Part shown: positions 8,146-16,839 of the stretch, in pieces
Position numbering within the stretch: position 1 is the first letter of the stretch
Layout: every line of letters starts with the position of its first letter
Assembly (NCBI RefSeq): GCF_001306055.1
Contig: NZ_LGHJ01000014.1
Coordinates: 120,001 to 152,000, forward strand
DNA length: 32,000 nt
Direction: 5' to 3'
DNA from: Bellilinea caldifistulae
GTDB lineage: Bacteria; Chloroflexota; Anaerolineae; Anaerolineales; Anaerolineaceae
Program-made: the position numbers and the translations under genes
The notes under the pieces: generated by a model
What the model was told of the DNA's origin: nothing
The model's input: only the letters and a program-made list of their open reading frames with translations
Databases searched by the model: none

Positions 8146-8288
8146 CAATTTTAAACCGGCAGCTTTCGACGCAGAAATGGAAGTTTCCGGCAGTCTGCGT
8201 GGGATTCAGGGTCTGCCATGGGGACCTGCTGAATCTTGTCATCTGATCCTTTGGCAAGGGAGGGGCGTTTTTTTAATCAAACTCTAAC

Positions 8289-8316
8289 TTGACAATAATT
8301 ATTTTTTAGATATAAT
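8289..8316 (+). promoter_or_regulatory. Consensus sigma-70 promoter for the fur-like/dps operon
   Basis: TTGACA (8289-8294), 16-nt spacer, TATAAT (8311-8316). Confidence 0.7.
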
Positions 8317-8323
8317 TATTTAC

Positions 8324-8338
8324 GGATAATGATTATCA
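8324..8338. promoter_or_regulatory. Fur/PerR-type 7-1-7 operator just downstream of the -10 element
   Basis: gGATAATgATTATCa compared with the Fur-box 7-1-7 consensus TGATAATnATTATCA. Two copies of the palindromic ATAATTAT(T) at 8295-8303 and 8312-8320 overlap the spacer and the -10. Confidence 0.7.
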
Positions 8339-8355
8339 ATAAGAGGATGGGTTCG

Positions 8356-8796
8356 ATGGATACCGAAGAACGCTTAAGGGATATTCTTCAAAGATTGCAG
8401 AAAGATGGTCACCGCATGACCCCCCAACGAGTGGCGATTTTGCGGGCGTTCCTTTCCGCACAGGATCATCCCACCGTTGAACAGGTCTACCGGCGGGTCT
8501 GCCGGGATTTTCCGATGACCAGCCTGGCTACGGTATATAAGACTGTTGCTCTGCTGAAGGAAATGGGCGAAGTAATCGAGATCAGCGGAGACCTGCAAGG
8601 CAGCCGTTACGATGCCTTTCATCCCGAACCGCATCCTCATTTGATCTGCACCCGCTGTGGTCAAATTTACGACGGCGAGGGCGTGGATGTTCAGCCAGTT
8701 GTGGCAGCCTTACAGGCCCAGTCGGCATTTCAGGTTTCCACCTACCGTCTGGATTTGTACGGCGTTTGCGCTGCCTGTCAGGCGCAGTCCGGCTGA
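8356..8796 (+). CDS. Fur-family metalloregulator (PerR-like by context)
   Basis: MTPQRVAILRAF winged-helix motif, DHPT, HPEPHPHLICTRCG and CAAC (structural CxxC pair). The track ORF starts at 8329 inside the operator. The ATG at 8356 has AAGAGG 9 nt upstream. Confidence 0.85.
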   Translation: MDTEERLRDILQRLQKDGHRMTPQRVAILRAFLSAQDHPTVEQVYRRVCRDFPMTSLATVYKTVALLKEMGEVIEISGDLQGSRYDAFHPEPHPHLICTRCGQIYDGEGVDVQPVVAALQAQSAFQVSTYRLDLYGVCAACQAQSG

Positions 8797-8839
8797 CCAA
8801 AATCAAATTCCAAAAATTAATTGTTTTACGGAGGTAAAA

Positions 8840-9352
8840 ATGGCAACCTTAAAATCGAATACAATTTTTGACGAAAAACAACCCGAAATTGAAATTGCCC
8901 CATCCAACCGCGAGGCGGTCATCGAAATGCTGAATCGTCTGCTGGCCGACGAGCATGTCCTGATGCTCAAGACTCACAACTATCACTGGAATGTGCTGGG
9001 GCCGAGTTTTGACCCGATGCACAAGTTCTTTGGCGAGCAGTACGAAATGCTGGATGATATTGTGGACGATGTTGCCGAACGTGCTCGCGCTTTGGGGGGT
9101 AAGGCAGTCGGCACGATGCGTGAGTATCTGGAACTGACCCGCCTGAGCGAAAACCCCGGCGAATATCCGGATGTGATGACGATGATTGCCAACCTGTTGG
9201 CCGATCACGAAACCATCATCCGCGAACTGCGCAAGGATATTGACGAGAGTCTCGAAAAGTACGGTGATGTCGGCACCAGTGATTTTTTGACCGACCTGAT
9301 CCGCCAGCACGAAAAGATGGCCTGGTTCCTGCGCTCGTTTTTGCAGGGATAG
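8840..9352 (+). CDS. dps: Dps (DNA starvation/stationary-phase protection, ferritin-like)
   Basis: LNRLLADEHVLMLKTHNYHWNVLGPSFDPMHKFFGEQYEMLDDIVDDVAERARALGG is the classic Dps ferroxidase region. GGAGG RBS precedes the ATG at 8840. The longer track ORF (from 8657) overlaps the fur-like gene. Confidence 0.92.
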   Translation: MATLKSNTIFDEKQPEIEIAPSNREAVIEMLNRLLADEHVLMLKTHNYHWNVLGPSFDPMHKFFGEQYEMLDDIVDDVAERARALGGKAVGTMREYLELTRLSENPGEYPDVMTMIANLLADHETIIRELRKDIDESLEKYGDVGTSDFLTDLIRQHEKMAWFLRSFLQG

Positions 9353-9373
9353 AGCGGTTTGAGCCATTGAACA

Positions 9374-9405
9374 GTACGCCCCTCGAAAGAGGGGCGTACG
9401 TTTTA
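9374..9405. terminator. Intrinsic terminator shared by convergent dps and the gene at 9403-10176
   Basis: GTACGCCCCTC-GAAA-GAGGGGCGTAC is a perfect 11-bp stem, followed by GTTTTA. Confidence 0.8.
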
Positions 9406-10176
9406 TCCAACCAGCTGGATTTCGGTAATCCTCAGGCTGGCGGCATCGTTGGGCAGCAAACCAAAGCGCAGTTTCCCGTCTGCTGTGAAGGTGGCGTATT
9501 GATTGTCTATCCAGATCACCAGCCCCAGCCGGCCGCGCGGGGTGAGAGGTGTTTCAAAAACCGGCTGTCCATCCACATCAAATCGCACAGCATGGGTCTG
9601 ACATTCCAGGCGGTACTCATGGGGTTGGGTTACTTTCACATCCAGACGGGCTGCGTCCTGCTGAATGACGAAACAGGCAAGGCGGCGCAGCCAGCGGGCG
9701 GTTGCCGGAATTGCCAGCAGCGGCAGGACGAAAAGTGCCGGTATCAGCACCGCCGAAGGAATTAAGGGTGAACGAAATACCCCGGCCAGTAAACCGTTGG
9801 CGGGCAGGTCATCGCGCAGGCTGAGGTGATTTTCTGGTGAAGCGTAAAAGAACCAGGCTGCATTCGGCAGCATCGGCAGGCGGCGGGAACTGCCCCTTGC
9901 CCCCCAGGAGAAACTAAACGGATCGTTCCAGAAGCCGAATCCCCAGGTGCCGGGCACGGATGGGGAAGAGACCTGGGCGGTCAGCTTAAGGATCAGCGGC
10001 GGCTGCCAGCGGAAATGGCTGCGCGGAAGATGGCGGTAGTCATCCAGTTGGGCAACGCGGTAGGAATCAGCCGGGCCGGCCGGTAGTGCCAGCAGCCACC
10101 CGTTTTCGGGCAGTAACTCAACGCTGGCCTGGCCGGGGGGTAGGGTCAAGATATTCAGGGATGAAAAACTCGACAT
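9403..10176 (-). CDS. Hypothetical protein with an internal hydrophobic segment
   Basis: Long ORF with no recognised catalytic motif. Beta-rich sequence (GTWGFGFWNDPF, LVIWIDNQY) is interrupted by LIPSAVLIPALFVLPLLAIPA. The track start at 10185 is TTG; an ATG lies at 10174-10176. Confidence 0.55.
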   Translation of the reverse strand: MSSFSSLNILTLPPGQASVELLPENGWLLALPAGPADSYRVAQLDDYRHLPRSHFRWQPPLILKLTAQVSSPSVPGTWGFGFWNDPFSFSWGARGSSRRLPMLPNAAWFFYASPENHLSLRDDLPANGLLAGVFRSPLIPSAVLIPALFVLPLLAIPATARWLRRLACFVIQQDAARLDVKVTQPHEYRLECQTHAVRFDVDGQPVFETPLTPRGRLGLVIWIDNQYATFTADGKLRFGLLPNDAASLRITEIQLVG

Positions 10177-10236
10177 TGTCAGCAATTCCTGATTTATTAT
10201 AAAGTATATGTCTTTGCCGAACCGTGGGGCCTGGGC

Positions 10237-11115
10237 ATGGAAAGTACGGTTGGTGAGCGTTATCAGGTCAGTTTAGCGGACGGGAAGACGGCATCGCTCG
10301 ACGCAGAACACCCCCCAAAGGGAGCGAATTCGCCGGATGGACGCTATGAAATCTTTGAACACCCCCAGGGATTAAGGCTGTTTGACCATCAGAGCCAGCA
10401 AGAGCAGGTTATCCCCCTTGAACCGGCCTGCCCGGATGCAGAGGTGTGTTATCTGAGTGGGGAACGACGTATCGTCTGGCGGGTTGATTCGAGCGGTTTT
10501 TATACCACGAATACCCGCAATGCGAATTTTGACGAACGCGCCGAAACAAATCTCTATTTTGTGCAGGTGCAGCCGCTGGTCATCGTAAAGGAACTGGCGG
10601 TCATTCGAGCCAATCCATGGACATTTTCTTTTTCTCCCGACCGGCGTTTTCTTGCTTTTTTGAATCAACCGGATGTGGATAACGCTTCCCCAAAAACCTA
10701 TAACTGGGTGACCCTGAGTCTGATGGATTTACAAACCCTTCAAGTGCGCCGTTATTCGCAGGGGTGGGTGTTGCGGATGGCAGGCTGGAGTCCGGAAAGC
10801 CGACGCTTTTTGCTGACTTCCAGCCCTTTTGGTGGTCCAAATCCCAATGTTAAAAAACTTGCTGTGGGAGACCTATGCCGCCCGCCGGAGGAGTTGATTG
10901 TGCCGACCAAACAGACAATCATGGAAACGCTGTGGCTGGATGCGCAACATATCTTAATGTGGACAGCGCCGGAGGAAGGTATTCCGGATCGTTATCTGTC
11001 GGGGATGTATCTGTATCATTTGAGCGGGTCCAGCGAGCCCGTCAAGATTGATGATCTGGTGCAGGATTATTTCCAGCCCTATGGACTGCGCCATGAATTC
11101 GTCATTTTAAAATGA
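10237..11115 (+). CDS. Hypothetical protein, possible TolB/PD40-like beta-propeller repeats
   Basis: Repeated SPDGRY.., FSPDRRFLAF and WSPESRRFLL motifs resemble PD40 repeats. No clear signal peptide. Confidence 0.5.
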   Translation: MESTVGERYQVSLADGKTASLDAEHPPKGANSPDGRYEIFEHPQGLRLFDHQSQQEQVIPLEPACPDAEVCYLSGERRIVWRVDSSGFYTTNTRNANFDERAETNLYFVQVQPLVIVKELAVIRANPWTFSFSPDRRFLAFLNQPDVDNASPKTYNWVTLSLMDLQTLQVRRYSQGWVLRMAGWSPESRRFLLTSSPFGGPNPNVKKLAVGDLCRPPEELIVPTKQTIMETLWLDAQHILMWTAPEEGIPDRYLSGMYLYHLSGSSEPVKIDDLVQDYFQPYGLRHEFVILK

Positions 11116-11129
11116 GCGGATTGTTTTCC

Positions 11130-11157
11130 TTGACAGGGTTTCACCCTCAGGTATAAT
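11130..11157 (+). promoter_or_regulatory. Sigma-70 promoter of the serS leader
   Basis: TTGACA (11130-11135), 16-nt spacer, TATAAT (11152-11157). Confidence 0.7.
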
Positions 11158-11159
11158 GC

Positions 11160-11430
11160 CATCATCGAGAAAGACCAACCCGGAGTCCAGTAATCGCCTC
11201 TGGTCGTTCAGAGAGCCGGCGGGTGGTGCAAGCCGGACGACTAAGCGGTGAACTCCCCTCCGGTGGCCTGTTTAAGCAGGCCGGTTGCCTTCGCAGGGGC
11301 ATAAAGCCGTAAGAAGGACGGATGGAACCGTTATCTCCACGAATGAGGCTGACCCATCAGCGGGCAGCGAAAGCAGGTGGCACCACGAGATGCTCCCCCC
11401 TCGTCCTGCACGGGCGCGGGGGTTTTGTAT
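11160..11430 (+). promoter_or_regulatory. T-box riboswitch leader (tRNA-sensing transcription attenuator) for serS
   Basis: AGUA/GAA specifier-loop elements. AG bulge AGAGA (11210-11214). Distal loop GGGUGGUGCAAGCC. F-box CCGUUA (11328-11333). T-box sequence CAGGUGGCACCACG (11374-11387). Terminator hairpin 11396-11422 followed by UUUU (11423-11426). ACGAG (11385-11389) can pair with CUCGU (11400-11404) as an antiterminator. Confidence 0.85.
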
Positions 11431-11452
11431 TCATCTTTGCGGAGGTGTGTTG

Positions 11453-12730
11453 ATGTTGGATTTGAATCTGATTCGCGAAAAGCCTGAAGTTGTACGTAAA
11501 GCCTTGCGTGACCGGCAAATGGAAGACGCGCCGGTGGATCGCGTGCTGGAACTGGATGCGCGCCGGCGGGCGCTGCTGACCGAGGTGGAGGCCATGAAAG
11601 CCGAGCGCAACGCGGTTTCTAAGGAAATTGGTCGGATGAAAGACCCCGTGGAAAGACAGGCTAAAATTGACGCCATGCGCGGGCTGGGTGACCGGATTGC
11701 CGAACTGGATGAAGAGGTGCGTCAGGTTGAAAGCGACCTGCAAGCGCTGGTTGCTACCATTCCCAACATCCCTCATCCGGATACGCCCTACGGCACCGGC
11801 GAACACGACAACCGCGTGGTGCGCCAGTCCGGCGATATTCCGCAACTCGATTTCCAGCCTCTGCCGCACTGGGATCTGGGCGTCAACCTCGGCATTATTG
11901 ACTTTGAGCGCGGGGTCAAGATCACCGGGTCGCGGTTTTACATCCTCAACGGCGCCGGGGCGCGTTTACAGCGGGCGCTGATCGCCTGGATGCTTGACCT
12001 GCACATCCGCCAGGGTTACGAGGAACGCTACCTGCCCTTTATGGTCAAGTCGCAGACTCTGTTTGCTTCCGGGCAGCTGCCCAAGTTTGCCGATAATCTT
12101 TACCACGACGCCGAAGAGGATTTCTGGAACGTGCCGACAGCCGAGGTGCCGCTGACCGGTATGTTGATGGACGAGGTTTTGGAGGAAGCCAGCCTGCCGC
12201 GCCGCTATACGGCCTATACCCCTTGCTTCCGCCGTGAAAAAATGAGCGCCGGCCGCGATGTACGTGGCATCAAGCGCGGCCATCAGTTCGATAAGGTGGA
12301 AATGTACATCTTCTGCCGACCGGAAGAATCAATGCGCGAACTGGAAAAAATGGTGGCGGATGCCGAGCAAACCTGCGCCGAATTGGGCCTGACCTACCGG
12401 GTGGTACAATTATGCACCGGTGATCTGGGTTTCAATGCGGCAATCACCTACGATATTGAGGTTTGGGCGCCCGGTTGTGGTGAATGGCTGGAAGTTTCCT
12501 CGGTTTCCAATGTGATGGACTTTCAGGCGCGCCGGGCAAACATCAAGTACCGGCCAGCCGATGGCGGCAAAACCCGCTTTGTCCACACCCTCAATGGGTC
12601 GGGGTTGGGCTTGCCGCGTACGCTCATCGCTGTGCTGGAAAACTACCAGCAGCCGGATGGCAGTGTGGTCGTGCCGGAGGTGCTGCGCCCGTGGATGGGC
12701 GGCATCGAGGTTATTCGCCCACAGGGATAA
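11453..12730 (+). CDS. serS: Seryl-tRNA synthetase
   Basis: [19 protein letters not shown]-terminal coiled-coil arm. Class II motifs: FRRE.., [43 protein letters not shown] lies 7 nt upstream of the ATG at 11453. The track ORF start at 11285 lies inside the T-box leader. Confidence 0.95.
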   Translation: MLDLNLIREKPEVVRKALRDRQMEDAPVDRVLELDARRRALLTEVEAMKAERNAVSKEIGRMKDPVERQAKIDAMRGLGDRIAELDEEVRQVESDLQALVATIPNIPHPDTPYGTGEHDNRVVRQSGDIPQLDFQPLPHWDLGVNLGIIDFERGVKITGSRFYILNGAGARLQRALIAWMLDLHIRQGYEERYLPFMVKSQTLFASGQLPKFADNLYHDAEEDFWNVPTAEVPLTGMLMDEVLEEASLPRRYTAYTPCFRREKMSAGRDVRGIKRGHQFDKVEMYIFCRPEESMRELEKMVADAEQTCAELGLTYRVVQLCTGDLGFNAAITYDIEVWAPGCGEWLEVSSVSNVMDFQARRANIKYRPADGGKTRFVHTLNGSGLGLPRTLIAVLENYQQPDGSVVVPEVLRPWMGGIEVIRPQG

Positions 12731-12736
12731 AAGTCC

Positions 12737-13234
12737 ATGCAGGAATTTTTACAGGCAGCTTTTCCGTGGATTATTCTGGCTTTTCTACTGCTTGGGCAGG
12801 CGGGAACCTTCATCCCGCTCTTGCCCGGGCTGTGGATTCAATGGGCAGCGGCGCTGGTTTACGGCCTGGTCACCGGTTTCGACCTGACCGGCGGCATTTT
12901 GTTTGGAATAATTACCCTTCTGGTGATCATCGGCGGAATCATTGACAATGTGGCGATGGGCGCTTCGGCAAAGACCAGCGGGGCTTCGTGGCTTTCGATT
13001 GGTGCCGCGCTCATCGGCGGGGTGGTCGGCTCACTGGTCTTTCCGCCGCTGGGCGGGTTGATTCTGGCAATGGGCGGCATCTTCCTCGTCGAGTACTTGC
13101 GCATCCGTGATTTACGCAAAGCGTGGGATTCTACCCGCGGCCTGGCGGTTGGCTGCGGTTGGGGAGCCGTCTTGCGCTTTGGTTTTGGGCTGCTGGTGAT
13201 TCTCGTCTGGCTGCTGTGGGCGTTTGTGTTTTAG
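12737..13234 (+). CDS. Small integral membrane protein (DUF456-like)
   Basis: 165 aa, four hydrophobic helices, Gly-rich. Starts 6 nt after the serS stop. Family name is from memory only. Confidence 0.6.
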   Translation: MQEFLQAAFPWIILAFLLLGQAGTFIPLLPGLWIQWAAALVYGLVTGFDLTGGILFGIITLLVIIGGIIDNVAMGASAKTSGASWLSIGAALIGGVVGSLVFPPLGGLILAMGGIFLVEYLRIRDLRKAWDSTRGLAVGCGWGAVLRFGFGLLVILVWLLWAFVF

Positions 13235-13237
13235 GAT

Positions 13238-13720
13238 CTAACGGACTTTGATCAGTTCCCCGCCGGTGATGCGCGGCAGCTCGCGAGGGTCAATCTTGAA
13301 GACGGCGTTGGGTGTGCCGGCTGCCGCCCAGACTTCTTCGTACTGGAGCAGGTCTTCATCCACAAAAGCTGGCAGCGGGCGGATGTGACCAACCGGCGGT
13401 ACGCCGCCGATGGCAAAGCCGGTCTGCTCGCGCACAAAATCTGCTTCGGCTTTGAGAATTGGCTCACCGATGATTGCCGCCAGTTTTCGTTCATCTACCC
13501 GATTGCTGCCACTGACCAGCACCAGAATCGCCCGCCGGCTGGTTTGGGTGCGAAAAATCAGCGATTTGACGATTTGCCCAACCTGACAGCCGACCGCTTG
13601 AGCAGCCTCCGGCGCGGTACGAGTGGAAGCCGGCAGTTCAACGACCTGACAGGGTAAACCCAGTACGGACAGGGCAGCCTGCACTTTGCGGGCACTTTCG
13701 CTGAGGGTTTGTTCGCTCAT
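13238..13720 (-). CDS. YbaK/ProX-type aminoacyl-tRNA deacylase (trans-editing domain protein)
   Basis: 160 aa. IVKSLIF..ILVLVSGSNRVDERKLA..GFAIGGVPPVGH are typical YbaK/EbsC motifs. ATGA overlap with the upstream phosphatase gene. Confidence 0.8.
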   Translation of the reverse strand: MSEQTLSESARKVQAALSVLGLPCQVVELPASTRTAPEAAQAVGCQVGQIVKSLIFRTQTSRRAILVLVSGSNRVDERKLAAIIGEPILKAEADFVREQTGFAIGGVPPVGHIRPLPAFVDEDLLQYEEVWAAAGTPNAVFKIDPRELPRITGGELIKVR

Positions 13721-14406
13721 GCTTGTTTTTGACCTCGTTTGGTAGGGGATGAAGGGGGCGGAGGGGCTGGCCAGGCAAAGCCGGCAATCTGGTTGACGTG
13801 GATGACCAGCGGGCGCTGCTCCGGCTGGATGCGAATCAGGGAAAGCGAAGCCGGGAAAATGGTCAGTCGGTGGAAATCGTTCAGCGCCATGTTGAGATAA
13901 TGCGCCAATGCCAACCGGATAATATCCCCATGGGCTACGGCAGCGATGACCGCCTCCGGCGGGGGTGGTGTGTGTTCTTCGGCGGTACGGGTGTGCTGGT
14001 GTGCCAGATATTCCAGCTCCTGCACTACCCGCTGCTGAACTTCGCCGAGGGTTTCGCCTTTCGGAAATCGCACACTGGCGGGGTCATCCTGCACCGTTTT
14101 CCACAGCCTGATGCGGCGGAGTTGTTTGTAGGTGCGACCCTGCCAGTCGCCGTAGTCCACCTCACTGAGCGCTGGACGAATCTGGACGGTCAAGCCGCGC
14201 TCTTCGGCCAGTGGTTGGGCAGTTTCAATGGCGCGTTCCAGCGGACTGGAATAAACCGCTTCAATTGGAGCGTGTTCCAGCGCTTTGGCAAGGGATTGAG
14301 CCTGTTTTCTGCCGTTATCGTTCAGATGCACCCCCGGTAATCGTCCCGCCAAACGGCGGTGCATGACATCATTTTCACCGTGACGAATCAACAGAATCAG
14401 CGTCAT
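13717..14406 (-). CDS. Histidine phosphatase family protein (phosphoglycerate-mutase-like)
   Basis: N-terminal LILLIRHGEN (RHG motif) and a later AHGDIIR (His). Its start overlaps the 3' end of rarA by 32 nt. Confidence 0.85.
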   Translation of the reverse strand: MTLILLIRHGENDVMHRRLAGRLPGVHLNDNGRKQAQSLAKALEHAPIEAVYSSPLERAIETAQPLAEERGLTVQIRPALSEVDYGDWQGRTYKQLRRIRLWKTVQDDPASVRFPKGETLGEVQQRVVQELEYLAHQHTRTAEEHTPPPPEAVIAAVAHGDIIRLALAHYLNMALNDFHRLTIFPASLSLIRIQPEQRPLVIHVNQIAGFAWPAPPPPSSPTKRGQKQA

Positions 14407-15769
14407 TGTTTTTCTCCAGAGGGGGTGGTTCTTCTAAACCCAATGCCTGCGCCTGAGCTTTTCGCCAGCGCTGCAAGCGTTCGGCAACTTCGGCTTCGTA
14501 TCCCTGATGGGAGGGGTTGTAAAAGGTGGTGCCTGTCAGGCCGTCCGGCAGATATTGCTGTCCGACATGATGTTCGGGGAATTGATGGGGGTACTGGTAG
14601 CCAGCGCCGTGCCCAAGGCCTTTGGCGTCCCGGCTGCTATCCATCAAGTGCTGGGGTACCATGCCGACCCCGTGTTCCTCAATCCACTCTTTGACTTTGA
14701 AATAGGACAGAGCCGTGTTGGACTTGGGAGCGGTGGCAAGGTAGAGGGTTACCTCGACGATGGGGAAAATTCCTTCCGGTAGGCCGACATACTCGTAGGC
14801 ATAAGCCGCCGCAGCGGCTACTTGCAAGGCGCGCGGGTCAGCCAGGCCAATGTCCTCGCCAGCCAGAATCAGCAGCCGGCGCAGAATAAAGCGCGGGTCT
14901 TCGCCAGCGATCATCATTTTGGCCAGCCAGTACAGCGCCGCATCTGGATCTGAGCCGCGCACCGACTTAATGAAGGCCGAGATGGTGTCGTAGTGCGCAT
15001 CGCCGTTGCGGTCATACAGCACGGCGCGCTTTTGAATGGATTCCTGGGCTACTTCCAGGGTGATGTGAATGACCCCATTTTCATCCGGGGGAGTGGTTTC
15101 CACGGCCAGCTCAATGGCGTTGAGCAGGTTGCGGGCATCTCCGCCGGAAACACGAATCAGGTGGGTGCGGGCTTCTTCGTCCAGTTGGATGTTTTTTCCG
15201 CCGTAGCCGCGTTGTGGATCGCTTAACGCTTGCGTAAGAATGCGGTTGAGATGCTCTTCCGAGAGTGGCAGCAACTGGAACAGGCGCGAGCGTGAAACCA
15301 GCGCCGGAATCACATCAAAATAGGGGTTCTCGGTAGTGGCGCCGATCAGGGTAATCATCCCGCTTTCGACATGAGGCAGCAGAGCGTCCTGCTGAGCTTT
15401 GTTCCAGCGGTGAACCTCGTCCACAAAGAGAATGGTACGCTTGCGATGCAGGCGGCGGCGCTCGGTGGCCTCCTGAATCACCCGGCGCAGGTCGGCAACG
15501 CCCGCCAGTACGGCGGAGATACTTTCAAAGTGCGCCTGGGTGCTGTTGGCAATGATTTGCGCCAGCGTGGTTTTACCGGTACCGGGCGGGCCAAAGAAGA
15601 TGATCGAGGAAAACAGGCGGTCGGCTTCGATGGCGCGGCGCAGTAATTTACCCGGCCCGATGATATGTTCCTGACCGATAAATTCATCCAGCGTGCGCGG
15701 CCTCATGCGGGCTGCCAGCGGCGCTTCATCTTTCATGCGTTCCTGCATGGCATGGTTAAAAAGATCCAT
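14375..15769 (-). CDS. rarA: Replication-associated recombination protein A (AAA+ ATPase RarA/MgsA)
   Basis: Walker A GPPGTGKTTLA, Walker B ILFVDEVHRWNK, and the conserved C-terminal MgsA region YDTISAFIKSVRGSDPDAALYWLAKM. Confidence 0.92.
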   Translation of the reverse strand: MDLFNHAMQERMKDEAPLAARMRPRTLDEFIGQEHIIGPGKLLRRAIEADRLFSSIIFFGPPGTGKTTLAQIIANSTQAHFESISAVLAGVADLRRVIQEATERRRLHRKRTILFVDEVHRWNKAQQDALLPHVESGMITLIGATTENPYFDVIPALVSRSRLFQLLPLSEEHLNRILTQALSDPQRGYGGKNIQLDEEARTHLIRVSGGDARNLLNAIELAVETTPPDENGVIHITLEVAQESIQKRAVLYDRNGDAHYDTISAFIKSVRGSDPDAALYWLAKMMIAGEDPRFILRRLLILAGEDIGLADPRALQVAAAAAYAYEYVGLPEGIFPIVEVTLYLATAPKSNTALSYFKVKEWIEEHGVGMVPQHLMDSSRDAKGLGHGAGYQYPHQFPEHHVGQQYLPDGLTGTTFYNPSHQGYEAEVAERLQRWRKAQAQALGLEEPPPLEKNNDADSVDSSR

Positions 15770-15882
15770 GGCTACTTCCCTGAACCTGAGTATATCATGA
15801 ACCCACCAGCCGAAATTGCAGAAGGTTGTGCGCTGAAAGAGGTGTTTTTTGGGTTAAAATTCTCGCACAGGTGAAAGAGAAG

Positions 15883-16839
15883 ATGACCGAAAAAAGTGTG
15901 TTTGAACCCGCAAATCCTGCCGGCGTGCCAACCCTTAATCCTCCGGTGACGCAGCCGGTTGATCCGAACGAGTATTATCAGCCCATTCCCATTTCACGCA
16001 GCAGTCCAAAACGGCGCCGTATGGGGATGGGATGCGGCCTGCTTGTTCTGCCACTGCTGGGTGTGTTGGCGGTGCTGGCGCTTTACTTCTTTGCTCCGCT
16101 GCGCACCAATATTTTGATTTTGGGGATTGACCGGGCGCCGGATGGCAGCGCAATGGGACGCAGTGATACCAACATCTTGCTCAGCATCAACCCTCTCCGG
16201 CCAGAGGTTAAAATGCTCTCCATCCCGCGTGATCTGTGGGTGAACATCCCCGGGGTTGGCGAAAACCGGATTAATACCGCTCACTTCTTTGCCGAAATTG
16301 AACAGCCCGGTTCCGGGCCGCGTGCCACGCTGGAAACAATCCGGGTCAACTTTGGACTGGACGTACCATATTACGTGCGCTTGCGCTTTGATAGCGTGCA
16401 GCCAATTGTCGAGGCAATGGGCGGAATTACCATTGAACTCGATCAGCCGACCGCCGGTTATCCGCCCGGCCGACATACCCTCAATGGCGAGCAGGCGCTG
16501 GCGTTTGCGCGTAACCGCAGCGGGACGGATGACTTTTACCGCATGGCACAGGGTCAGTTGCTTTTTAAAGCCGCCTTCCGACAGATGCTCAACCCTGCCT
16601 CGTGGGGCCGCTTACCGGCCGTGGCTGCCGCAGCGCTGGAGTCGGTGGATACCAACTTGCCGGTCTGGTTGTGGCCGCGCCTTGGGCTGGCCTTGCTGCG
16701 CGCCGGCCCGGATGGGATTGATAACCGCACCCTCGACCGCGAGATGGTCACACCCTTTACCACCAGCGGCGGCGCCAATGTGCTGCTGCCCAATTGGGAG
16801 CGGATCAATCCGCTGCTGCAGGAGATGTTTGGGCAGTAG
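15883..16839 (+). CDS. LytR-CpsA-Psr (LCP) family protein with N-terminal membrane anchor
   Basis: [59 protein letters not shown]. The start is ambiguous between 15826 (track) and the ATG at 15883, which I prefer. Confidence 0.85.
   Translation: MTEKSVFEPANPAGVPTLNPPVTQPVDPNEYYQPIPISRSSPKRRRMGMGCGLLVLPLLGVLAVLALYFFAPLRTNILILGIDRAPDGSAMGRSDTNILLSINPLRPEVKMLSIPRDLWVNIPGVGENRINTAHFFAEIEQPGSGPRATLETIRVNFGLDVPYYVRLRFDSVQPIVEAMGGITIELDQPTAGYPPGRHTLNGEQALAFARNRSGTDDFYRMAQGQLLFKAAFRQMLNPASWGRLPAVAAAALESVDTNLPVWLWPRLGLALLRAGPDGIDNRTLDREMVTPFTTSGGANVLLPNWERINPLLQEMFGQ

Noticed and set aside
8036-8287. Three mutually overlapping 63-73-aa ORFs (both strands) in the prenyltransferase / fur-like spacer
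   Set aside because: No RBS, TTG or weak starts, and no motifs. Their similar peptides on opposite strands are a by-product of the 34-nt palindrome. I treat the region as non-coding.
8657-8839. Upstream extension of the dps ORF and the 8329 start of the fur-like ORF
   Set aside because: The extension overlaps the fur-like coding sequence out of frame. Dps homology starts at MATLKSN (ATG 8840, GGAGG RBS). The 8329 ATG of the fur-like ORF lies inside the Fur box with no room for an RBS.
11285-11452. N-terminal 56-codon extension of the serS ORF in the track
   Set aside because: This stretch is the T-box leader (F-box, T-box sequence, terminator). The canonical SerRS N-terminus MLDLNLIRE begins at ATG 11453, which has a GGAGG RBS.
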